In this document: piece by piece, positions 11,235 to 24,812 of the stretch
Position numbering within the stretch: position 1 is the first letter of the stretch
Layout of the letters: each line of letters begins with the position of its first letter
Origin: Sarea resinae
Lineage: Eukaryota
Assembly (NCBI GenBank): GCA_026026165.1
Contig: JAPEUD010000004.1
Span: 434,001-498,000 of the forward strand
Length of the DNA: 64,000 nt
Reading direction: 5' to 3'
Program-made: the position numbers and the translations under genes
Notes under the pieces: model-generated
The model's input: only the letters and a program-made list of their open reading frames with translations
The model's database searches: none
Told to the model about the DNA's origin: nothing

Positions 11235-12193
11235 TTACAGCTTGCTCAAGACAGCCTCTGCTCCAGACACCTTTGGACGATAGATGGTCAGCCGCTGGCA
11301 CGCTCGTAGAAGTCCAATTCACGCAGTACTTACGGTGACTTCGCCGGGACCGGTCTCCTTCTCCGCGTAAGTGACGGTGCCATGGTCGATCACAATAGCA
11401 TATCTGTCGGTACGCTCACCGAGGGTCCAGCCAATGCTCTGAGAGAACTTGGCACCAGGGTCGGAGAGAAAGAGCTGCAGGGTAGAAAGAAAAAATCTAT
11501 TAGCTATGTGTCCCTTTGAGTAGATCTCCTTTCGCCTCTGGAGTCTTTCTGTGATAGCATATATTATCGGCGCATAAGAAACAGAAAAGGGACCAAGACG
11601 TACGAAATCATCACCCTTGACACCGTTGGCCTTTCCCCAGGCACTCATGACGTAAGCATCGTTGAAGGCAATACAGGCGACCAGGTCGACGCCCTTCTTC
11701 TTCAAAGCATCAAAGTTCTCGATGTAGCCCGGCAAGTGGCGAGCAGAGCAGCCGGGTGTGAAGGCACCTGTGAACGAGATGAAATGATTAGACAGCTTCG
11801 GCAGATTCAAGAAAAGAGCAGGCATTGTGCTGGGCTTGGCGGCAACATGAACGCTCGTTTGGTAGAGAAGAGGCGGACTCAATGCCTACCTGGAACAGCA
11901 AACAGAGCGACTTTCTTGTTGGCAAATTCCTTGCTGGCATCATAGTTGATCGGGATGCCGCATGCCTTGATGTCGCCCTTGTCCTCTGTGTAGGGGACGT
12001 AACTGCACCGGAGAGAATCAGTGTCGGTGAAATAGATATAGAAGCTTCATCAACATTTGAACGATGCATGCCATTAGGCACGACCGTCACAGTGCGTACT
12101 TTCAAGGTCGAATTGAAGAGAGAGGAGAGGTTGAACTCACGAGAAGACTACCCCGCTAGGGAATTTGTCACCAACTTTCAAGGGAGTGGCCAT
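11235..12193 (-). CDS. PMP20: Peroxisomal peroxiredoxin (Prx5/Pmp20/Ahp1, Asp f3-like) with PTS1
   Basis: Spliced: [35 protein letters not shown]...[17 protein letters not shown]...[10 protein letters not shown]...|LFLSDP...RYAIVIDHG...|[11 protein letters not shown]. Four introns; ends in SKL. Confidence 0.92.
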
Positions 12194-13190
12194 TGTGTCG
12201 AGATTGAATTGGCGATCGGTGAGATTTGGACAGGACAGGAAGGAAACAATTGTGAAGTGGATGCGGGCAATCGAATCGGACAGAGATACGTGTATGAAAG
12301 GCTCTTGATGTTGGGAACTGGCTGGCCTACTTATGATCGAGAAGACGGAGGGGCAGAGAGGCGATTACGAAACATTGGGGAGCTGGAGCTTCGAAGTGAA
12401 GAAAGTACCATCGTATATGGCTACGGTAAGGTGGTACATAAGGTACGGAGTACGGAGTACCTCAGGGTCCCACCCGCTGATCAGATCGGCCAGAGCGGGG
12501 GCGCTAATGGCGGGGCTCCGATTAGATCGGTGGCAGTAGACAGAGAGACGTATACCTCTGTCTACTATGCCGTATATGTTAAGATACGCCGCAGGAAAAG
12601 TACTCGGGAGTATAGTCTCCGAGAGGATACTACCTACCTTACGGCACTGATGCTGCCCCTGCCGACGGTGCCTTGCACTGTGTCATGAATCGTTCGAGCC
12701 TAGACTTTTCGTGAACATTCCCTCTCGAGCTTCTGAGGTCCAGAGCACGGCCATGAATAAGCCTGAGTAATACTGATGCCCTTGCTGTATCAACTTTGGT
12801 TTCACGCTCAATATACTAATCAACTTACCATGTCGATAGCCGACAGAACTCTCAAGTATTTGGAATTATTGGGACACGAATATATATTGGAAGATGTGGG
12901 GCATACGTCAGTCGCCCTACGACTCGGTCACACCAAGTACAACCCAACCGGAAATCGCTCTCACTGGCCGAGAAGGGCCAACATTGCATCACGGTCTCAG
13001 GTTTGTGATTTCAAGACAACCTATGCAATCGCGTGATATTCTCAGACACTACACATCGGTGTGGGATACTATTGCCAGATCGCAAGCCTGCAATACATAT
13101 TCTGATTGGTCCCTGGTTATGCAATTGTAGGATTTAATCCATCGCCCCATGCTATGGAGAAATCACCAACCATCTTCCAAGATCAAGACA

Positions 13191-15312
13191 TCAAGCGTCG
13201 AGCTTCAGATTTTCTAACAAGGCGTCGATCTTGCCTAGCAGAATCTGATAGTTGACCGCGTCCTGTGCGAATTCGTCGCCAGCGATTTCTCCATCTAGCG
13301 TTCGTATAGCCCCATTAAAGATGTGCTCCTCAACAGTGGAGGACTCTTTCGGTTTGTTTTTCGGAGCATCGACGCGCGAGACCTGATCAGACACATCGAC
13401 CCCTTCGTCTTCGGGAACCTTGCCCTCAAGGGAAGGCACCTCTTCCAGAACGGGCCCTGCCGGGATTTCGCCATTCTCGTCCATCATCTCTTCAATTCCA
13501 GAGTCTTCAAATCGGAGGCGGAAACGCTCTGATAAGTAGTATCGAATACTATATAAAGTTTTAGCCTCGTCATGCTGCTCAAGGAAGGCGATGAGATAAT
13601 AGCATACTCATCAAGTAGTTCGATACTGTCTGTTTCTTGTCGATGCTTAATTCTTGCAGCACTCTCCCGAATCAGCTCGGCGAATTCTTCTTGATCGATA
13701 TAGTTCTCCAACCGGACCGCTATGTATCGAGCACCAAATTCCTCCAGCCGGTGTACTCGAGTCAACCACCCCGCCCGGATTATATCGTAAATATCTAATT
13801 CTTCGCTTTCATCCAATTCTCGTCGACTATTCACGGACTCAACGACAGAAGCCGGTCCATTGCCCAATGTACTGATTACAACCGCGGCTTTTGCTTTCAA
13901 CTTTTCTATGAGTAAGAGATCGGCCGCAAAGAGAACGTCAACCGCAAGACCTAATGAGATATCTGCCGTCTCAGTGTAGAGAAATCTCAGAACCACCTGC
14001 AGTACATCCGGGGAGCAATCTACTGGAATAATCTGTAGGTAGTCGGTTTGTTGAGATTCTCTAAAGGGAGAGGAAAACATGGTTAGGAAGAATTCTGATC
14101 TGATAAGCATTGCTCGATGGACTGGGAACAAAGTCGACATTCGAGGCCGGCCTTTGCTCGCAGTGGACTGGGCCGAATTCGATAAAGGACCGACGGGAAT
14201 CCCGGCGGAGGAAAAGTTGCCAGAATCCGCGCTTGAAGATCTCTCTTGTTCCTCATCACCTTCGTCATCATCGGCACGCAGTAAGACATCCGCAAATATG
14301 CCATTATGTCGGTCCCAGCGTACGTCATCTGCCTTGCTTGAGTCGACAAAGACTTTATGCTTCACCACATTATCCTTGAACCAGGATTCGAGCTGATCTC
14401 GCCCTCTGTTAACTTCATCCGCTCGTCGCTGCCTCACGATTCTTCTGTCGCCTCCTTCTAATAGACCTTCAAAAAGGGGTCTGATCTCTAATTGCCGGCT
14501 CAATTTCTCGACTCCCGCCAGTACATCTTCTTCGTTCTCATAACCAACAGCAGTGTCGAGTGAGACCTCGCCTAGATAAAGATAACGTATAGCTATTTCA
14601 AAAGCCTGAGGCGGTATCGAGCTTGAAAGCTTCCAGCTAGTGCTTTCTGGAGCAGCTGCAAGCTTCTTCCGGAAGTACGGCGACCTAGCAGACAGAATGA
14701 ATTTATGTAGACGGAAAGAGCGATTTGCCGAGCTAACTTCAATGTCGGAGGTCGAGGGATGATCTCGGTGAAGCAATGAAGTTATATGTGACGCAAGAGG
14801 TTGAAGAGGATCGGTAGACTTGGAGTAATCGTATTGTAATAGAAGATTGCGTATGCGATCGTTCAATGCATTATACAGACATCGTTCTCCTTGAAATGTA
14901 TCTCGTTCGCACAGCGCGCCAGATTCGAGCAGCAATTGAACCACCTCGTAATGGCCACAGAGACTTGCCTGAAAGCAATTAATTAGCCCGAGCTTTCTCA
15001 ATTGAACGCTGAAAGATGAATGCCCCCCCTTCCCCCTCCCCGGCTTGCTGTGCTGTCATGTGTTACTCAAAGCGAGAAAGGGTAGCTCACCAAGATCAAC
15101 GGTGAATAGTCGAAGCGATCTCTCGCATTGATATTGGCACCGCTTGTTATCATTTCTTGGCACAGCTTGAGATCTCCTCGCCGACAAGCCTCGCAGAGCA
15201 TCTGAAAATTTTCGCTGAAATCAAGAGGATTGTCTTCTTTGAGTGTCCCGTCGGAGATCTCCCTCTTCTCCGCGTGTAGGGCGGCCTCCAGCTCATGCTT
15301 TGCTATGACCAT
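13191..15312 (-). CDS. Ankyrin-repeat and BTB/POZ domain protein (Btb3/YIL001W-like cullin-3 adaptor)
   Basis: LCEACRRGD...INARDRFDYSPLIL|ASLCGHYEVVQLLLESGA (ankyrin), two BTB motifs (FRLHKFILSARSPYF; FPVHRAMLIRSEFF), C-terminal LLGKIDALLENLKLDA. Two introns. Confidence 0.9.
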
Positions 15313-15873
15313 ATTGCGAAATGGCTCCCGGACCGGCCTGCAGCGGGATCAGCCGTTTTATTATGAATAACAGAAATATATAATGGTAAGGGAGTAAAAG
15401 GAAATGAGGCAGTATATGCTCCTAGAGACGGTCTGCTAGTGGGGTGGCGGAGAGTGACGACAGGCAAAGAGGAAGCCTCGTTATCAGATTACCGAAATGA
15501 TTATCGGATTACTTGTAGGTGCTGCGATGTTCACTTTTCGGTACCAAGTATTCACCCATGATGTTCCTGGCTGGTTGCTGTGCCGACAACACAAACCCCA
15601 TAAGGAACAACAGTGAATTGCGAACCGAACACTTGCATTTACTACTGTCCTATTCCACTTCAACAGCGATGGATCAGTAACAACAGACACCAAAGACGAA
15701 TGAGAGTGCACTTCTTCCATCTTTATCTTCCACTTCTTCCTCATCCTGATCTATAATTCAACTTCAACTCTACACATCTTCATGTTTCTGCATCCTCTCT
15801 AACCTTTGCCCTTCTCAACCATACACCAAAGATCGCACACAGCCATAAAGATCCTCACATTCAGTGATTCAAA

Positions 15874-18327
15874 ATGACGGAAGTTGAGAAGTACGAGGTG
15901 CTGGAGAAGATTGGTGCGCTCCCCATATGGGCCATGTGCATATCTGTTCTCTTATTTGCTGACCCACGACAATCATAGGCCACGGGTCATTCGGTATCAT
16001 TCGTAAAGTGAAGAGGAAGTCAGATGGCTATGTAGGCTCTCGATTATCTGCATGTTATTCTAGCTAATGTGTTATAGGTGCTCTGCCGCAAGGAGATAAC
16101 CTATAGTCGCATGTCTCCAAAAGAACGTGAACAGCTGAATGCCGAGTTCCAAATCCTCAGCTCTCTACGTCACCCCAACATCGTAGCCTATTATCACCGC
16201 GAGCACCTCAAGGCTTCTCAAGACCTATACCTCTACATGGAGTATTGCGGGAATGGCGATCTCGGTCGAGTCATCAAGAGTCTCAAGGCTAAGAATCAAT
16301 TCGCCGACGAGGCATTTGTCTGGAGCATTCTCACCCAGCTCGTCAGTGCGCTTTATCGCTGCCACTATGGGGTAGATCCGCCGGAGGTTGGCAAGAATGT
16401 ATTCGGGAAGAATGTCAAGCAGGGCATGTTGAGGACGAAACAAGGGCATCAAATGATTCTTCATCGAGACTTAAAACCCGAAAATGGTGAGCAATTTGGG
16501 CCCAATTTTGGATCTCGGTTACTAACGGCATCAGTCTTCCTTGGGGCAGATAATTCGGTCAAATTGGGAGATTTCGGTCTTTCCAAAATCATGCAGTCTC
16601 ATGATTTCGCCTCTACCTATGTGGGAACGCCCTTTTACATGTCACCAGAAATTTGCGCCTCAGAGCGGTACACCCACCACTCCGACATCTGGGCGTTGGG
16701 TTGTATCATCTACGAGCTGTGTGCCCAGAAGCCGCCGTTTAGTGCTAGAAACCACGTGGATCTCGTTCAAAAAATTAGAGCGGGACGATATGAACGCCTA
16801 CCTCCAGCCTATTCAGAGGAATTGCAGACGATTGTCAAGGAATGCTTGCGAATCAATCCCATGTCTCGACCGGATACCGCTCAGCTCTTAGAACAGCCCA
16901 TGGTCAGACTGATGCGGAAGGAGAAAGAAGTAGTGGATCTGGGAAGAGTCCTTAAATCGAGAGAAGAAGTTGCAGTGCAAAAATTGAAGGAAGTGGAAGA
17001 GAAAGCCTCAGGTCTAGCAGCAGAGCAGGAAAGAATGAGACAGGAGATCGAGGCTGGCGTTCGCCGAGAATGGGAACTCAAGGCGCGACTGGAGATTGAT
17101 CGTCAGGTGGCACTCGAGTTGGAGAAGCTGCGAAAGCAGTTCGATGTGGAAGTTCGACAGAATGTAGAAATCGAGATGGCGAGGTTCCGCGAAGCACACG
17201 AAGCAAAGTCAATTGCTGTGTCGGCTTCTTCCAATGATCAGGCTCCAAACCCACTATCGTCCGTCGGCTCAGCTGACGATACGGACTTTCCGTCAAGTAC
17301 CGACATTACTGATGTCTCTCTCACATCACACGAGTCCCCTCATGTGCATGAAATGAAGAAGAGTACTAGGACTCCATTTGGAAGAGCTCAGACAATGTGG
17401 GAAGGATCTCCTATGGACATACAGATGAAAGATCGAACACCCGCTTCCATCGTTGCATCCATGAACAAATCCGTCAGCGCGTTGTCACTCTCACCACGGA
17501 AAAATGGCACGACCCATAACAGCAAAAACATCTTCACTGCTGCAGCCGAAAAGAAATGGGAGCCAAGATCTGCTTATCCGGACGACGAATATGATGAGGA
17601 TGATGAGATCCCAGCTATCCCGTCACCAACGCGCCAGAAGCCCGTCAAAGGCCCACCAAGGGGTCTGTCTCGCCCTGGAATGCTAAGGCAGCAGACTGCT
17701 CCCATGCAGAACCCCAACAACAGTTCAAATCCGTTCCTCACTGTCACGACAAACCCTCCACTTCCCACGATGCGGCGACCCGCTGGTCAACCGGACCTCT
17801 TCAGCGCTGAGAGCATGCCCCAAGCCACTCTCAATACCAACTCATCGCAGGAGATGGATAAACAAAAGACGACCACCTCACCCACTCGTCGCACATCTAA
17901 ACCATCTGTCGCGACGTCGGCCAACGAATCTGGCTCACCGGTGCGCAAAGCCCCGCCACGGCCTAAACCAAGCAAAGCCACGACAAGCCCGACGGCAGGT
18001 GGCGAGAAAATGCTCAAAGCCGTCATGCAGCGCAACATGGGCGGTCGCACATTAGTTGAGCTAGCTCAGGCTAGAGTAGGAAATCGTCCTCCAGTGGCGC
18101 CTCGATTTGAGAACGAGCCGGCCGGCGAGCCCACAACGGGTGTCGAGAATATCCTGCCTGGTACTGATCAGAGAATGAAGCGGCAGACCCTCTCTGGTGG
18201 GGAGATCCGATTTGCGGCAAGGATGGCTGCAACTGAGAAGGAGGTTGAGGTCGTTTGGGACCCGGAGAGAGATGAGATGCCGAGCCCGTTCTTGGTCAGG
18301 GGGAATAGGGGCGTGAGGAGGCTTTAG
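15874..18327 (+). CDS. nimA: G2-specific NIMA Ser/Thr protein kinase
   Basis: MTEVEKYEVLEKI|GHGSFGIIRKV...|LCRKEITY...HRDLKPEN|VFL...DFGLSK...YVGTPFYMSPE, then coiled coil and C-terminal VWDPERDEMPSPFL typical of NIMA. Confidence 0.95.
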
Positions 18328-18961
18328 GGAATGGCTGTGATGGGTGAAATCGCTATCCTTTCGATGGTGCTTCTCTGTGATGGCCGGAACCCGTGTTACT
18401 CTCTTCTGGTGTTGATCATGGGCTGATATGGGTGCCTGGGATGGTGTTTTGTTTTTCTTCATTTTTCTTTTCTTCAAGCTATGCTGCATCCGTTGTTTCC
18501 TTCGAGGAATACGGCCTTTCCTTCTGTCTGGTCGAAAACATGACGGTGGATGAGTGGTGAGAGAAGGCAGAGGGCATTTATCCTTTTTTCCTTTAGTCTT
18601 TCCTTTTGGTTGGACTCTCTTAAGGTGGCCTTATTTGGGTTGGATGGGCATGGACTGGGGACGGCGTTGTCGGCCTTGCTTACACCTATCTCTCGATGCT
18701 GCCGCAGCGACATCAACACTTCTCCGAGATTCATCAACCTCCCTCGCAGGAAATCCTTCTATCCTCGACGCACGCGCGCGCGCGCGACACAAATGCCCCT
18801 CGTTGGATCTTCGGCAGAGTGAGCTACTCCTCGCCCAATTCCATTCTGAGCTGGGCTTTGGTCGTCGTCGCTGCCGCTGCTGCTCGTTGATATGAATGAC
18901 GGTGGTTGTGACCGTGGAGGAGAGGGTGCCGTTGTCTGTCTGCTTGCTGGAGGAGTTGATA

Positions 18962-18993
18962 GGGGGGGAGAGGGGGGGGGGGGGGGGAGGGAG
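18962..18993 (+). repeat. Poly-G/purine tract (G-quadruplex-capable)
   Basis: gggggggagaggggggggggggggggagggag. Confidence 0.8.
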
Positions 18994-19930
18994 CTTTGTA
19001 TATAGTTCAAATGCAGTGTGAGGGATAGGCATCTTAAGGTTCTTTGGCTCCTGTTGCTGTGATGGTGACTACGACTGTGGCTAGGGTTGGGCTATCTTTG
19101 CGGTTTACGATGTTACTGTTGTGTTGCTTGTTGGGGGAAAGTCATGTCTGTCAAGCCCGTTTCACTTCTGACGTCTGACAGACGCTCATATGGCCTCAGG
19201 TTGAGGTTGCCGTCGACGCCCTTCCCTCGTACTCTGAAGTCTTTTCTGGTCGGGTTGGTTCCGAGACGCCCTGGTGAGTCCTGCGTAGAAGGGAAGATAT
19301 AGCTTCTGGTGGTCTGGATCCTCTCTTGGAGGTGTATATATACTTCGAAGATCAATAGGATATATATCGGATCATATTGGGCTTGGAAGTATTAAATTCG
19401 GGATGAGAAGTGGAATTCATCCATATCAACGCAGAAAAGAGTTTGACATGGTTTTCCTCGTCGAATTGAACAGCATCACATGATAGTGGTTCACGTTATG
19501 TTGGTGCAGCCCAAATCACATTCGACTAGCAAGATAGAATCCATCGATCGATCGAAAGAGAGGATAATACAGCATGCGCCCCCGAAAATGAAAGCCTCCC
19601 CCCTCTGCAAGACGAAGCCGGACGAGGCGATAAAGAGAACACTTTCGTCGAGCTGGACCGATAAAGAGAAGAACGACACATAATCAATCCGTCTTGGCGT
19701 GTATGATTACAGCCGTTCCTCAAGAGTCCTGTCCGGCTCTCCAGTGCCATTCATTGTCGTCTATTTCCGTATGCGAAGAAGTGGAAGGATGGATGTGTTT
19801 CGTATCATTTTTATCCGTGATGTGAAAAAGCGCAAGTCGATCTTTGCTCCAATCTGCATTTGTCTCCCATCACTCATCCTCCCTCAATTCCGCTCCCCCA
19901 TTCCCACCACTTTGATCATTAACGGCTCAT

Positions 19931-20217
19931 TTATGGTGCGGTCGGGGCCGGGTTCATCTACAAGTGCTGTTAGCTTCCGAATCCGCGATCACATCGCAAC
20001 AGCTCCAGCACGTCACGATGCCGTTCGAGTGAAAGTATCAAGCATCTCATACCTTCCGCTTGCCACCAGTCATGGTAACATTGACGAATCGACGGGTGTA
20101 TTGTATTCTCTTCTTGGCGCGGCCCTTGGGGGTCTTCTTCTTCTCTTGCGGCTCGACCTTGGGGGTCTGCGACTTGACCTTTCCGGCACGGGCGAGCGAA
20201 CCGTGGACTTTACCCAT
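19931..20217 (-). CDS. RPS30: 40S ribosomal protein S30 (eS30)
   Basis: [63 protein letters not shown]. Missed by the ORF track. Probable 5'UTR intron 20392-20260 (GTGAGT...CTGAC...CAG). Confidence 0.96.
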
Positions 20218-20531
20218 GATGGCGGTTTATCCGAGTATGATCTTGAGATGCTTCGGGATCTGTGGATGGTGGCGAATCAGGTGGTCAGTTGTGAAGCTTG
20301 ATGTGAGATAGACGAGCGGCTTTTCTCGTTGTAGACGATGCAAAGCCCTTCAAGATAATCGGGAGCGTAGTTTAGATGGAGATGGCACTCACAGTTGATG
20401 GGTCCGATGATGGTTGTCGACGGATGGATAATGGGTCGGTGGAGTTGGCGGTTGAGTCAAAAGATCGTGATGGGCGAGTGGGCTTGCGCTTAGCGAAGGG
20501 TGACTAAGCGATTTGTGGGTAAATAGGTGGC

Positions 20532-20551
20532 TAGCCCTAGTTGAGCCCTAA
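20532..20551. promoter_or_regulatory. Tandem GCCCTA (TAGGGC, Tbf1-like) motifs upstream of RPS30
   Basis: tagccctag..gagccctaa. Resembles the TTAGGGCT element known from fungal ribosomal-protein promoters. Confidence 0.4.
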
Positions 20552-21057
20552 CAACAAAACTACCAACGAGAGATGACTGTCCTCGATGATTCACACCGGA
20601 CATTCGAAAGCCATTGCGAGGCGAACCCCAGGAGACGATCAAGATGAGAGGTATTATTACCCCGATCGTGGAATCTAGCATACTTCTTTGAAACTCATTT
20701 GGGATTCACTCTTTCGCAGCAATGCTTGGAGGATGGATGAGGCACGGAGATGCTACGGAGATGTTGCGATGTATCTAAGGTACTGCGGTAACCTCTCCGA
20801 GACACTTGCTATTTTCCAGTCCACGTGATTCCAGCTATCGATCGCGATTGCCGAGGTTAGCTTATCATGCGATCAACACGGATCATATCATATCATATCG
20901 CCATGTGCATCATCCATCCTCGCTGCCCTCAACCCAGACTTCACTCTGTATATAGCCGGATCGTCCCAGCAGCGAGAAGGAAGTCGAAACGGCTCTCATA
21001 TTAAAAAACTTCATGTCCTTCCGCTCCTGCATCTGACTTTGTCGAAGCACAGCCATA

Positions 21058-21801
21058 ATGCGTCTTACGAGCTTTCTTACACTGCTCCTCGTTCCCCTTG
21101 CGGCAAGCTCTACCCTTCCATCCCCGCAACATGTCTTCTCAAATCCCGAGCAAGGATATCATCCGGACTACAAGATTCCTACCGTCCACGAATCTGCCGT
21201 GCAGGCGCGGCGCATCCTGCACCTTGAAAGTCTTGGCACGCTCTCGACGGTATTCCCGTCTAGTGACGCGTCAGGCATTGATGGACTCGAAGGGGCTCCA
21301 ATAGGCCTGATTGATTACTATGGTGACTGCGAGTTCGATGCTGGCAACCCGACTATCCTCGCCATTAGTATTGCTACGAGCTTCAAAAATGTGCGCGCCG
21401 GAAGCAACATCACATTGTCGCTACGCTGGCACCCGCCAACCAAGCGCGCATACAGTGCCGCCGCCATGCCGCGCTTCTCACTGATGGGATATCTAGAGCC
21501 CATCTCGAACCTGGACCTCATCAAAAGCAATATCCCTACATGCTTCACCGGCTATCATCCTGACGCCGTGGCGTGGTTCCCTGGCAACGTGATCCATGAG
21601 AGCCATTGGGTACGGCTAGTGGTCGAAAAGGTCTATTGGATTGGCGGATTTGGTGATCGTGCGTATATTGGTTGGATTCCAGCGGAAGAATGGAGGAATG
21701 TTACTCGCAAGGAAGTTCACGATGTCCGGCTGCCTGGTGAAAAGAAAAAGGGAGAATTGAAGTCTTGGCTTGAATGGTTGTTTCTGAGCGCTGATCTGTG
21801 A
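21058..21801 (+). CDS. CREG-like secreted/vacuolar split-barrel protein (pyridoxamine 5'-phosphate oxidase-like)
   Basis: Signal peptide MRLTSFLTLLLVPLAASS; IPTVHESAVQARR, GTLSTVFP, PRFSLMGYL, HPDAVAWFPGN, YWIGGFGDRAYIGWIP. Confidence 0.88.
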   Translation: MRLTSFLTLLLVPLAASSTLPSPQHVFSNPEQGYHPDYKIPTVHESAVQARRILHLESLGTLSTVFPSSDASGIDGLEGAPIGLIDYYGDCEFDAGNPTILAISIATSFKNVRAGSNITLSLRWHPPTKRAYSAAAMPRFSLMGYLEPISNLDLIKSNIPTCFTGYHPDAVAWFPGNVIHESHWVRLVVEKVYWIGGFGDRAYIGWIPAEEWRNVTRKEVHDVRLPGEKKKGELKSWLEWLFLSADL

Positions 21802-22580
21802 AGGATTCGACAAGCTCGCCCCTGTCAGCAGCCATGGTTCTGAAGCATTCAGACTGTCGTCAATTTGGATGACCAAGGTAGTAAATAATGAGCTGTATTC
21901 TGCGCAGTGGGCTTTTGGCATTGACTCGGGTCTACCATTTAGTGTACATATTGGATGCTCTTCGGATAGAGCGAACGGTGCAGTGCAACACCTCATGGAT
22001 TACTGCAATATTCGTCCAAATCAAATGGTGATGATGACCTCGGGCTCAGTTGTCGGACGCGCAAAACGGGGTTGGAAATGCCAAGATTTAGACGAGATTT
22101 GGCGAGGTGCTGCCCATCTTTGGTGCTGCAAACAAACACAAGCAAACATTTCCAAGGGATATCTGCCCTGCAGTCACAGCTCGTGGCAGGGAGATCTGCA
22201 AGAGGATAACATCGTCAGTCTGGGCTCTGGCCCATATAGAATGGTCATCGCCGTTCTCAAGTCGAGTAAGGCTTCAGTATGCTAGTACTTAGATCATTCC
22301 TTCCTTTCTCTTCTCAGATGTCGTTCTTGCTGCTTGTGAACGGGCCCACTTACCATAACAGCCTTGCATGACGTCTTTGATTTGTCTGTCGCCTACCTTA
22401 CTCGTGTTGCCCTTTGATATTGACAGTGATATTGGCTTCACCGTCGAGCTCACAGATCAACTGTTTTCCCATGTACTGGCTGTCTCAACACATCTTACCT
22501 TGTCTCCTGTGACTGTAAATTGAGACAATTTCGTTATCAATGGTAGGAACGTTTTTTCTCACTTTCAGACGCGCCTCAAA

Positions 22581-24411
22581 ATGTCCACTGCACCACGGAT
22601 TCTCATCTACGTCGTACGCCGTGACCTGCGCTTAGCTGACAATCCCATCTTTCATGAAATTGCCTCTCGGCAAAAAAAATCACAGCTTTCGTTCACGCAT
22701 CTTCTGCCTATATACGTCTTCCCAGCGCAGCAGATTGAGACCTCTGGTTTCCTCTGTTCAGATACGCAAAGGTCGCCTTATCCGGAAGCGCGTTCCCAAG
22801 TAGGTGGGTTTTGGAGATGCGGACACCATCGAGCCAGCTTTTTGGCAGAAAGTATCTGGGACCTCAAGAATGCACTTGAAGGCATTGGTAGTGGGCTAGA
22901 AGTACGAGTTGGCATGCTTGGTGATGTGGTGCAAGATCTCTTGCAGGCGTTCAAGAAGGACCACGGGGATGTCGTTGGGGTTTGGATGACCAGCGAAGAG
23001 GGTGTGGAGGAAAAAAGAGAAGAGAACGAGATACGAATGGTCCTAGATGCTGAGGGGAAGGAGCTGCAGCTCTGGAAAGATGAGAAGTATCTCGTAGATG
23101 AGTGGGTTTATTCTGTCTTTATGTATATGGATTGGCTGAACTGACCCAGTGATAAGTCGAGATCTACCATTCGAAAAAGCGCAAGATCTTCCTGATGTCT
23201 TCACCTCATTTCGTAAAATGGTCGAGCCTCTACGTGAAATTCCACGGAGTAGCCTACCAGCGCCCTCAAACCTACCACCTCTCCCCTCGCCGATTCCGGC
23301 ACAGAAAGCCCCTTTCTCCATCCCTTCTACTTTCGATGGAATGGCTGAAGCGCTCTGCAAACCACTCCGGAATGGCTACGGCCTTGGACAAATGCCCGAG
23401 TGGCCTAATGGAGCCACCTCCGCGCATCCATTTCATGGTGGTGAGAAGACGGGTCATGACCGTATCAAACATCTTGTTTCCTCCGGATCCATGAGCACAT
23501 ATAAAGATACGCGGAATGGAATGCTAGGAAAGGATTTCAGCACAAAGCTATCAGCTTGGCTCGCTTTAGGATGCGTCACCGCGAGGCAAATCCACGAGTA
23601 TCTGATAGATTTCGAAAATGCCAGGTCGGAGCTGGGAAAGGGTGCTCAGGGGTATGGCAAAGGTGAGAACAAAGGAACGGCCGCCGTGCGATTCGAGCTC
23701 TTGTGGCGCGACTACATGCGTCTGTGTACGCGCAAATTCGGTCCCCGACTTTTCCAACTGGAGGGTTTTCGCAACGATACATCAGAAAGCTGGAAACATC
23801 CCGGACAAGACAAGGACGTTACCCATGCAGTACAGCGCTTTCTAGAAGGTCGAACAGGCATCGGCCTGATTGACGCCAGTATGAGAGAGCTTTATCTCAC
23901 GGGCTATACATCCAATAGAGCACGACAAAATGCCGCCAGCTTCCTGGCGAAGCACCTCTACATTGACTGGCGCATTGGCGCAGAATGGTACGAATCTATG
24001 CTCATCGATTATGATGTCTCTTCCAATTGGGGCAACTGGCAGTATACCTCTGGGGTTGGCAATGATCCTCGAGGGGAGGGACGAGTATTTAATCCTGTGA
24101 AGCAAGCCTTTGATTATGATCCGCAGGGAGCTTATATCAAGAATTGGGTCTTCGAATCAAGGAAGTTGGAGGATCCGCAGTGCATCTTCCAGCCATGGAA
24201 AGTGCCCGCCGATCAAAGGGCTGAGATGGGCCTCAATGACTTCGAATCGGTTGAACGCCCGCTCAAGAGGATCGAGTATCACGTTGGGGGGAAGAAGGGT
24301 GGAAATGGCAAGGGTTGGAGACGTGATACGCGAAAAGGGAGTGAGAGGGGCGGTAGGGGTGGGCACCACTTGGGAAAACAGAAACAACGTCAAGGGCGTG
24401 ATCTACTCTGA
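22581..24411 (+). CDS. cry: Cryptochrome DASH (photolyase/cryptochrome family)
   Basis: RRDLRLADNP, YKDTRNGMLGKDFSTKLSAWLALG, ELLWRDY, TGYTSNRARQN, DYDVSSNWGNWQY, GVGNDPR, FNPVKQAFDYDP. One intron at ~23103-23157. G/R-rich tail. Confidence 0.93.
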
Positions 24412-24812
24412 ATTTTCTAGTAGCAGAACCTGTTGTTCCTCAAAGGGTGCATATCGGAAAAGAAAGTTAGGGATTCGAGTGTGAAATTGAATGAATGTTT
24501 GGGACAACTCGTCGGACTTAAGACTGCGAGCCTTAAGGTAGGCTGCCGATCACTACTATTACTTCGAGTAAAGTATCTTTTCCGCCTACTGTAGCTTCCA
24601 AGTACCTGATTGAATGGTATCATACCACCCCTGTCCGTCTTCGGTAGCTCCATGATTTTGCAACGCGAACACCATCGACAAGCTGCGTGCCAATGTCTAC
24701 TCCGGAGTATAAGGCCTTCGTCCACGGGGAACGAGTAGTAACCCTGTGAACGATACTACTGAAGCTCGAGCCTGTATGCGGAGCTACAGCTCTAAGGAAG
24801 CTTAAAGCTATC

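Noticed and set aside
11825..12688. 287-aa plus-strand ORF
   Set aside because: Antisense to the peroxiredoxin exons and promoter, starts at a non-ATG codon, no recognisable motif.
18330..19400. Possible telomerase RNA (ctagggttgg at 19081; P6.1-like hairpin at ~19250)
   Set aside because: No full CTAACCCTAA-type template, and the template-like word and hairpin favour opposite strands.
19699..20301. 200-aa plus-strand ORF
   Set aside because: Antisense shadow of RPS30.
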